Source: a virus
Reading direction: 5' to 3' (one strand)
Length of the DNA: 64,000 nucleotides
Virus genome (UHGV): UHGV-0219032
In this document: in pieces, positions 57,383-64,000 of the stretch
Layout: every line of letters starts with the position of its first letter
How positions within the stretch are numbered: position 1 is the stretch's first letter
Notes under the pieces: model-generated
What the model was told of the DNA's origin: nothing
Databases searched by the model: none
Seen by the model: the letters and a program-made list of their open reading frames with translations, nothing else
Translations under genes and position numbers: made by a program

Positions 57383-59588
57383 ACTTAATCTAAATGATGG
57401 TAAATTTAGACCCAGTATAGACGGAATTGAAAATGGTAAGACTAGCCAAGTTACAGGTATGAACTCCATATTGAATCTAATTATGGGTAATATTAATTAT
57501 TTAAAAAGTTTAGTTGATTCTAAAGCTAATAAAACAATTCAAGTTATAGCAGGAAATGGATTAGTAGGTGGCGGTGATTTATCTACTAATAGAACACTTA
57601 ATATAGCTAGTGCTGATGATGGAATAACTGTTAATGCTGATAATATTAAGTTAAATATAGTAGACAATGCTACAACTGATAGTGCAACTAGAGCTGGGAG
57701 TGCTAAGCAGATTAAATTATTGAGCGAGAATAAACAGAATAAGACTGATAGTGGATTACAGACTGATAGTAAGGAGATAGTTGGAGCTATTAATGAGAAT
57801 ATTTGGTATATGAGAGCTAAACATTTAACAGTACCACAAAGTTACAATAACTTAAAAAAGGGTGGATTATATTATAGCACAGGTTCACAAAGTGGTTTTA
57901 CAGACTTACCAAAAGATTATACTCATGGACTATATACTTTAGTTTTAACTCGTACAAATAATGACGGTACACAAATTTCATTTTCTGATTATACAAGTAA
58001 GATGTGGACTAGAAGAACAGGGGGAGAATGGGTCGAGATATTGACATTGGATAATAAATATTTCTTAGGAACTTCAGGAATATCTTCTGTAACTTATATA
58101 CAAGATAGTGGAACAAAAACTCAAGGTCAAGGTTATATAGATAAAAGCACAGGTCAAGTATATTTATGTTTAGAAACAAATACTGATACTACTATTACCG
58201 ATAAGTTTATGTCTATAACTAATGTTGAGTTGGGAAAGAAAGTAGAAAGTGGATTTTGGAAATTAAATGCAAAAATAATAAATGATGGAAATTTTGATAT
58301 ATTAGGGGTATATGAACCAGGATTCTATATGCCGGATTCGGATGGTATACAAGCTAATTGGCTGAATAAACCATACGTAGACGTTCTGTGCTATGGTTTA
58401 TTATATCAAAAACAAAATGGAAATAGACGTTCTGTGCTATATATAGGTTCGGATGGCAGAGTATATACTAATGTTCAACTTGATAATGGTAGCTCAAGAA
58501 CATGGACTGGATGGAAAAAGGCAATAACAAATGATGAAATAATAGATAATCTCACAACATCAGATAAAAGCAAAGTTTTATCTGCAAATATGGGTGTTGA
58601 ATTAAACATAAATAAATCCGACAGGCGTAATAGAATTTCAGACGATGTTTCAGAGAAATCAAAATATGTTAAACTTGGAACTATAGGTATTAATATAGGT
58701 AATGGTAGAAATTTATTTTCATGCATTATGATAGGTGGCGATAATTTTGGAGACCGTAATAGTTACAAAATTAGTTTACAAGTTTCAGGAAGGGGTAGTA
58801 CTCAAAATAATGTATATATTGATGCAATAGATGCTATAAATTTATCAGGTATATCTCGTTCTATCGATGGTTATTTCATAGCTAAACCTATAAGTAGCAA
58901 TCAGATGGAGATATGGTATAGAGGAGAGAGATATAGTAGAGGATTTAGTTTAGAAGCTATTTACAATAATGGTTTTACTATAAACAACCAAATGTCATGG
59001 ATAGACGACGATGAAGGAACTATAGTAGAAACAGGAGTATATAAAATATTTAAAATAAAACAAGTTATGCATGAAAACAACAAACTTTTCTTAGGAAACT
59101 CAGGTGTTTCATCAATCCTCTATATCCAAGATGCAGGACAAAAAACAGCAGGGAATGGATATGTAGATAAAACTACAGGACAATTATATTTGTGTAAAAC
59201 TACAAATTCAGATACAAGTGTTACAAGTAATTTTGTGTTGGCTACTAATATTGAAATAGCCAAAAGACAACACTTTACGAAAACAATGCTATTTGATGAA
59301 CCCACAGGTCTCGGAGCCGGTGCCATTACACTTTCAGATAATTGGGAGAATTATGATGAATTTATAGTATATGGTTCTAATGATAATGCTGATCATGTAG
59401 GGACTCACAGATTTAAAAAAGAAGATATTGAATATTCAATCTCTAAAGGTCAAAGATATATGATATATGGGGAAGCTAACTATTATTGGTTAGCTGAAAT
59501 TACTACTGGAAGCAAAACTTGGGCTTCTGGCAACAAATGGGAAAATTGCGCAATTTTTAGAATAATTGGAATAAAATATGGAGGGTAG
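57375..59588 (+). CDS. tail fiber protein with an internal domain duplication
   Basis: 737 aa. Two about 60-aa repeats (FLGTSGISSVTYIQDSGTKTQGQGYIDKSTGQVYLC... and FLGNSGVSSILYIQDAGQKTAGNGYVDKTTGQLYLC...). Confidence 0.55.
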   Translation: MSKLNLNDGKFRPSIDGIENGKTSQVTGMNSILNLIMGNINYLKSLVDSKANKTIQVIAGNGLVGGGDLSTNRTLNIASADDGITVNADNIKLNIVDNATTDSATRAGSAKQIKLLSENKQNKTDSGLQTDSKEIVGAINENIWYMRAKHLTVPQSYNNLKKGGLYYSTGSQSGFTDLPKDYTHGLYTLVLTRTNNDGTQISFSDYTSKMWTRRTGGEWVEILTLDNKYFLGTSGISSVTYIQDSGTKTQGQGYIDKSTGQVYLCLETNTDTTITDKFMSITNVELGKKVESGFWKLNAKIINDGNFDILGVYEPGFYMPDSDGIQANWLNKPYVDVLCYGLLYQKQNGNRRSVLYIGSDGRVYTNVQLDNGSSRTWTGWKKAITNDEIIDNLTTSDKSKVLSANMGVELNINKSDRRNRISDDVSEKSKYVKLGTIGINIGNGRNLFSCIMIGGDNFGDRNSYKISLQVSGRGSTQNNVYIDAIDAINLSGISRSIDGYFIAKPISSNQMEIWYRGERYSRGFSLEAIYNNGFTINNQMSWIDDDEGTIVETGVYKIFKIKQVMHENNKLFLGNSGVSSILYIQDAGQKTAGNGYVDKTTGQLYLCKTTNSDTSVTSNFVLATNIEIAKRQHFTKTMLFDEPTGLGAGAITLSDNWENYDEFIVYGSNDNADHVGTHRFKKEDIEYSISKGQRYMIYGEANYYWLAEITTGSKTWASGNKWENCAIFRIIGIKYGG

Positions 59589-59590
59589 TT

Positions 59591-60268
59591 ATGTATATAC
59601 ATTATAGAGGAACTAAATTAATCACAAAATCTGGTAGACCAGATGAAGTCAATGAAGCAATACTTATGGGGGATTACTTAGATAAATCCCCTACATACAC
59701 AGAAGATGGGCAAGAAATACCTTTTGTAATGCCAACTAGAGATGAAATGATAAAACAATTTATATTTCCAGACTGGCAACAAGGCGACATCTTAGTTATA
59801 GCAGACCAGCCACTTAAATACCCTAAACTTCAAGGCGATACTCTAGTTGAAATGACTAGAGATGAAGTTTGTGAAAGTGGAGATTTAAGTATATTAACTG
59901 ATGGTGAGGTTTATCAAGATGGTAAGATAACTTATAAAGCACCACCAGAAGATATGTTAAAACCTAAATGGATTTATCCAGATTGGATAGAACAAGCAAC
60001 TGAAGATGAAATAAATCTACATTTAGTTGAAACACAATATAATGAGTATGAACCACTAGATACGTACTCTACAGTTGAACAAATGAAAAGGCAAGACCCA
60101 GCACTTGCTGAAGAATATGTGGATATGATGATTGAACTTAGAGAATTGAGAACAAGTATGCAGGACAATAATGACAGTAAATATAAAGTTAGAACTAGAA
60201 GAAGTGTATTTAGTATTCATGAGCCTAGTGAAAAACTAAAGTTATTCAAAGAAAAATTTAGTAACTAA
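59591..60268 (+). CDS. tail fiber assembly/chaperone-like protein
   Basis: 225 aa, immediately downstream of the fiber gene. Confidence 0.3.
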   Translation: MYIHYRGTKLITKSGRPDEVNEAILMGDYLDKSPTYTEDGQEIPFVMPTRDEMIKQFIFPDWQQGDILVIADQPLKYPKLQGDTLVEMTRDEVCESGDLSILTDGEVYQDGKITYKAPPEDMLKPKWIYPDWIEQATEDEINLHLVETQYNEYEPLDTYSTVEQMKRQDPALAEEYVDMMIELRELRTSMQDNNDSKYKVRTRRSVFSIHEPSEKLKLFKEKFSN

Positions 60269-60293
60269 ATAATATATATAAAGGAGGATTAAC

Positions 60294-60542
60294 ATGATTA
60301 ACTTATTTAGAAAATTAATTTTATGGTGTGCTTATAAAAGATATAAAAGATTAGATACACCAAGAACATTTGAAAAAATGGAAAGATTTGGAGTATTGGA
60401 GGATTATAAGTATTTTATGAGTGATTGTGAATATTATTTATTAGGTGAAGATAATATTAAAACACTTAGTGATACAATATCTATTCCTAAACCAAGTAAA
60501 AAATTGGAAGATTTTAAAAATAAATTTGGAAAATTTTTCTAA
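60294..60542 (+). CDS. hypothetical protein
   Basis: 82-aa ORF with RBS aaggagg. Confidence 0.3.
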   Translation: MINLFRKLILWCAYKRYKRLDTPRTFEKMERFGVLEDYKYFMSDCEYYLLGEDNIKTLSDTISIPKPSKKLEDFKNKFGKFF

Positions 60543-60607
60543 AATATTTTCACATTTATATCTAATTTTGTAGAATTATAAGTGAGAGAGATATAAGGAG
60601 TGATAAT

Positions 60608-61087
60608 TTGTTGTTAAAGTTGCTAGATAAATTAATTAAAAAATATTACATAAATATTCAACAAATTATAAATAACAGCGATAACGACATGGGAGACATT
60701 AAAAACGAAGCATACATAATTCTACATGAAAATTATGATAAGATATTAAAAAATGATAAAATATTTATTAATGAATTAAAAACAAAATGTTTAAAATTTA
60801 ATAAATATGGAAAAAGAATTGAAAGTTCTAAAAGATGGGAATATTTTAACCAAAAAGAAGAACAAATGAATGATAATACAAATAAATACTCAAATTTAAA
60901 TGAGGATAATTTATGTTTGTTATTAGATATTAAAAATTTTATTGGAGAAAAAGATTATAATTTCTTATTAGATTATTATGCTTTGGGGTATAAAGAAACA
61001 TCTATAAAATACAAAATATCTCCAAGTTTAACAAGAAAAAGGGTTAGTTTATTGATTGATAAAATAAGGAAGGAAATGCAAGTATGA
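60608..61087 (+). CDS. sigma-factor-like late regulator (region 4 HTH)
   Basis: C-terminal GYKETSIKYKISPSLTRKRVSLLIDKIRK resembles sigma70 region 4. Confidence 0.35.
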   Translation: MLLKLLDKLIKKYYINIQQIINNSDNDMGDIKNEAYIILHENYDKILKNDKIFINELKTKCLKFNKYGKRIESSKRWEYFNQKEEQMNDNTNKYSNLNEDNLCLLLDIKNFIGEKDYNFLLDYYALGYKETSIKYKISPSLTRKRVSLLIDKIRKEMQV

Positions 61088-61677
61088 TAATAGATGATTC
61101 ATTAGGTAAAATTACATTTCAATGTAAGCATTGTGGAAATGATGATTTAAGGTATATGCAATTTGCATCTTTAAATAATCAAAGCCCACAATATAAAAAC
61201 AATTTATACCGTCAAAATTGGGATTACGAAACTACTCCAAAAATACCTATTGGAATACATATAAAATGTGCTAAATGTGGTAAAGATACATTTATTATTC
61301 CAAATTATTATGGAGGAACTGAATGGGGAAATGATATACCACAACAATGTATGACACATGTTCAATTTCAACAACCAGAGTATAGTGATATAAAATATAT
61401 TATTAATCCAGATGGATTTTTGGATAGAATTGTAGTAACATCTCAAAATAAATATATTTCTATGATTACAGAGGAAGTTTTACCAGATGGTATAAATAAT
61501 TTAATTATAGATAAAGCACAATATGAAACTTTATTAGGAAGAGGATTAAAAGAAGTAACAAAAGTTACAAATAACAATGAGAATATTATTATTCAACCAG
61601 AAAATAAAAATAATGTTGAGGTAGTTACACCACCTACAACAACACATGGAAATAGTAAAAATTCTAATAAAAAATAG
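61084..61677 (+). CDS. hypothetical Zn-ribbon protein
   Basis: CKHCGN...CAKCGKD. Confidence 0.3.
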   Translation: MIIDDSLGKITFQCKHCGNDDLRYMQFASLNNQSPQYKNNLYRQNWDYETTPKIPIGIHIKCAKCGKDTFIIPNYYGGTEWGNDIPQQCMTHVQFQQPEYSDIKYIINPDGFLDRIVVTSQNKYISMITEEVLPDGINNLIIDKAQYETLLGRGLKEVTKVTNNNENIIIQPENKNNVEVVTPPTTTHGNSKNSNKK

Positions 61678-61680
61678 GAG

Positions 61681-61974
61681 ATGTTAATTATGAACAATAA
61701 TATAAATAAAGAATTAACACAAATGGCTATGCAAATATTTGGACAAGAAAATTTCCAAAATATGGCACAGAAATTTGAATCTATGTCTGAACAAGAAAGA
61801 CAAAATTTATTTAGAACAATTAGTCCAATGCAACAAAATCAATTAATGCAATTTTTTCAAAGCAAAGGATTAAATATATCTCAATTTATGAATGGTGGGG
61901 GAATGAATCAAATGCAAGGTCAAGGTCAAAATATGATGCCTATGACACCTACACCTAGAAAATTTAATTACTAA
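61681..61974 (+). CDS. Q/N/M-rich low-complexity protein
   Basis: MNGGGMNQMQGQGQNMMPMTP. Confidence 0.3.
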   Translation: MLIMNNNINKELTQMAMQIFGQENFQNMAQKFESMSEQERQNLFRTISPMQQNQLMQFFQSKGLNISQFMNGGGMNQMQGQGQNMMPMTPTPRKFNY

Positions 61975-62074
61975 ATTAATAATACCAAAACTAATATTCT
62001 AGGCATTTAGTAGAGGTTTTATTATATAAAATAAAATTAGATGGTGATGTAGCCATCAACAAGGAGGATTATAT

Positions 62075-62728
62075 ATGGAAATGAATATGCCTGTAACTCC
62101 AGCTATGTTTGGAAACAATGGTGGATTATTTGGAAACGGAAGCGATTGGTTAGGATTTATATTCCTTGCTATGATTTTCGGTTGGGGTGGAAATGGATTT
62201 GGATTTGGAGGAAGAGGTGCTGGAACTGGTGTTTTAGCAACTGATAATCTAATTTCAAATGAATTTAATTTCAACACTTTAAACAATGGAATTAGAGGAT
62301 TAGAAAGAGGACTATGTGATTTAGGTTACTCTTTAGCTCAACAAGAAGGTCAAACTAGAGAAGTTATTGCAAGTTCAACATTTGCTTTAGATAAGGGAAT
62401 TACAGCTCTAGGTTCACAAATGGCTGACTGTTGTTGCGGTATCAATAGAAACATAGATGCTGTTAGATATGAAAATGCAAAAAATACTTGCGACATCATA
62501 ACTAATGCAAATATGAATACTAGAGACCTAATTGAAGCTGGTAATGCTAATACTCAAAGAATCATAGATATGATGACACAAAATGTTATCCAAGATTTAA
62601 GAGATAAAAATACAGCTTTAACTCTTCAAGTTTCTCAACAAGCTCAATCAGCTAACATAATTGATGCTTTAAAACCTTGTCCAAGACCAGCTTATGTAGT
62701 GCAAAATCCTTGCTGTGGAGCTTATTAA
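62075..62728 (+). CDS. glycine-rich membrane protein
   Basis: N-terminal GNNGGLFGNGSDWLGFIFLAMIFGWGGNGFGFGGRGAG, and a Cys cluster MADCCCG...PCCGAY. Confidence 0.3.
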   Translation: MEMNMPVTPAMFGNNGGLFGNGSDWLGFIFLAMIFGWGGNGFGFGGRGAGTGVLATDNLISNEFNFNTLNNGIRGLERGLCDLGYSLAQQEGQTREVIASSTFALDKGITALGSQMADCCCGINRNIDAVRYENAKNTCDIITNANMNTRDLIEAGNANTQRIIDMMTQNVIQDLRDKNTALTLQVSQQAQSANIIDALKPCPRPAYVVQNPCCGAY

Positions 62729-62732
62729 TAAT

Positions 62733-62756
62733 GGGAGGTAACACCTCCCTTATTAA
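62733..62756 (+). terminator. rho-independent terminator
   Basis: gggaggtaacacctccc followed by ttattaat. Confidence 0.5.
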
Positions 62757-62784
62757 TACAAATAAAAAGGAGATGATGTTTTAA

Positions 62785-63078
62785 ATGGCAGAAAGATATG
62801 TTTTGGGTAGACCTACTACTACAACAACTTTTATCCAATATCCAGCTTGTAAAGATGTAAATATCTTAGCACAATTTGGATTAGTAGATGTAATTTTTAC
62901 AGAAGTACCAACAGTTACTTCTCCACTACAAATCTGTATTAGAGATTGTAATACAAATACATTCTTATATAAAGAAGATGGTAGTGCATTTTTATCAAGT
63001 GATTTAACAGTTAATACACCTTATAACTTGATATTTAAACCAAGTTTAGGTGGATATTTAGCAACTGTTGTTTCGTAG
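62785..63078 (+). CDS. hypothetical protein
   Basis: 97-aa ORF. Confidence 0.3.
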   Translation: MAERYVLGRPTTTTTFIQYPACKDVNILAQFGLVDVIFTEVPTVTSPLQICIRDCNTNTFLYKEDGSAFLSSDLTVNTPYNLIFKPSLGGYLATVVS

Positions 63079-63088
63079 GTGATAAAGT

Positions 63089-63361
63089 ATGATTAAAAGA
63101 TGGGAAATACATTTAGAAACTAGAAATAGTATAGGTGGGATATTATCCGCTTTAAAAGCTAAAGGAATAATGGCTGATTTTAAGTTAATGAGTGATAAAG
63201 ACTATCATTCTAAACTTATAGTAAAGCACCCAGCAAGTGGAGAACTTTACCATTTTGGATTTAAATTGTATTGTGAAGTAGATGGAGTTTATACATATGA
63301 AGTGTGTGCATGGACAGAACAAGAATATAGCTATTTAATGGAATTAGCTAAAATGATTTAG
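63089..63361 (+). CDS. hypothetical protein
   Basis: 90-aa ORF. Confidence 0.3.
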   Translation: MIKRWEIHLETRNSIGGILSALKAKGIMADFKLMSDKDYHSKLIVKHPASGELYHFGFKLYCEVDGVYTYEVCAWTEQEYSYLMELAKMI

Positions 63362-63378
63362 TCTATGTATGATAAAAA

Positions 63379-63405
63379 TGGGAGTACATAGTTGCTCCCT
63401 TTTTT
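63379..63405 (+). terminator. rho-independent terminator
   Basis: gggagtacatagttgctccc followed by ttttttat. Confidence 0.5.
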
Positions 63406-63422
63406 ATTTAGGAGTGTGAAAT

Positions 63423-63893
63423 ATGAGCAACATATTAAAAAAAATAACAGAGTTCTCTAAAATGTCTATGGCTATATTTGGTTTTGGTAGCACAGTTATA
63501 TCTGTATTAATATGGATAGGTGTTCAAGTATCAAATATATCTCAAGATTTTAAAAAAGCTGTTTCTATTGTACCTGTTGTAGAACAAAATACAAAAGATA
63601 TAGATTATATTAAGCAGAGATATTTAATGGCTGAAGATTATAAAAAAGATATAAATGAAATTGAACAAAAATATATCTTAACAGAAATAGATTTTATGAT
63701 TAATGAAACATTAACTAGAATTTACAGAAAACAAAATATTGGTATGGTTTATGTAAATAGATTGATTTTTTATAAAAACAATTTATCATTTTTAACTAAT
63801 CAACAAATTAATAATATTAATTACATTGAAAGAGTTGCAGATAAACAAACAAAAAGTTATAACCTTATAGGTGAAAACGAAAAGGAGGAATAA
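63423..63893 (+). CDS. holin-like membrane protein
   Basis: N-terminal TM (MAIFGFGSTVISVLIWIGV), immediately upstream of the endolysin start. Confidence 0.4.
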   Translation: MSNILKKITEFSKMSMAIFGFGSTVISVLIWIGVQVSNISQDFKKAVSIVPVVEQNTKDIDYIKQRYLMAEDYKKDINEIEQKYILTEIDFMINETLTRIYRKQNIGMVYVNRLIFYKNNLSFLTNQQINNINYIERVADKQTKSYNLIGENEKEE

Positions 63894-63895
63894 AT

Positions 63896-64000
63896 GAAAA
63901 AATTTAGTAAAAGAAGTTTAGATAATTTAAGCGAATGTGATGAAAGATTAGTTAGAATAGCTAATGAAGCTATTAAAAGAATTGATTTTACTGTTATTGA
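63896..64000 (+). CDS. endolysin, peptidase M15-like N-terminus (partial, runs off window)
   Basis: SKRSLDNLSECDERLVRIANEAIKRIDFTVI resembles the M15 peptidase N-terminal signature. Confidence 0.45.

Noticed and set aside
57375-59588. Diversity-generating retroelement targeting the tail fiber
   Set aside because: No reverse transcriptase and no template or variable repeat pair with adenine-specific differences. The internal repeats are diverged domain duplications at the protein level.
1-64000. Genome-wide stop-codon reassignment (TAG or TGA as a sense codon), suggested by the in-frame TAG in the zinc-ribbon ORF and the large tRNA set
   Set aside because: Long ORFs are intact under the standard code. 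TAG and TGA terminate genes that are immediately followed by an RBS and start (for example TAG at 18822 and TAG at 6324). None of the tRNAs has a CUA, UUA or UCA anticodon.

Overview
This AT-rich window (about 27% GC) reads as a contiguous piece of a large tailed-phage or prophage genome, probably from an anaerobic low-GC Firmicute; the anaerobic RNR (NrdDG), DnaE and the AT content point that way. It has two divergently transcribed arms that meet at a control region near 29.5-30.05 kb.

Left arm (1-29510, all minus strand): replication, recombination and nucleotide metabolism.
- Replication: DnaE-type Pol III alpha, ATP-dependent DNA ligase, a DnaB-like helicase carrying an intein, a Toprim primase, an HU protein and a DnaD-like organiser.
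- Recombination: a Sak4-like ATPase, a Cas4/RecB-like PD-(D/E)XK nuclease and a RuvC resolvase.
- Nucleotide metabolism: NrdD/NrdG, a ThyX-like protein, FolD, dUTPase, a DUF4406 deoxyribosyltransferase-like protein, and a DnaQ-exonuclease fused to a guanylate-kinase-like domain.
- Also two paralogous beta-class DNA methyltransferases (one frameshifted in a poly-A tract), a SprT-like protease, small zinc-ribbon proteins and one lone minus-strand tRNA.

Right arm (30052 to end, plus strand):
- a possible Rep/regulator gene pair after an iteron array, then an SF1 helicase with a second intein;
- a tRNA cluster (Asn, Ser, Leu, Trp, Met, Ser, Gln plus two aberrant tRNA-like genes and a tRNA 3' fragment) invaded by a GIY-YIG homing endonuclease;
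- a vWA protein, terminase, portal, scaffold and major capsid;
- contractile-tail genes (sheath, tube, chaperone pair, tape measure, baseplate, fibre) with a second GIY-YIG/NUMOD3 endonuclease inserted between baseplate and fibre genes;
- a sigma-like regulator, a holin-like protein and the start of an M15-peptidase endolysin.

No CRISPR array, integrase or reverse transcriptase was seen.

The observations I would look at first:
- the iteron/divergent-promoter control hub;
- the exonuclease-kinase fusion within a self-contained dTMP-synthesis module;
- two inteins, one with class-3 features;
- the homing-endonuclease-disrupted tRNA cluster with non-canonical tRNAs;
- a 47-bp exact repeat bracketing the tRNA/terminase block;
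- a homopolymer-frameshifted methyltransferase.
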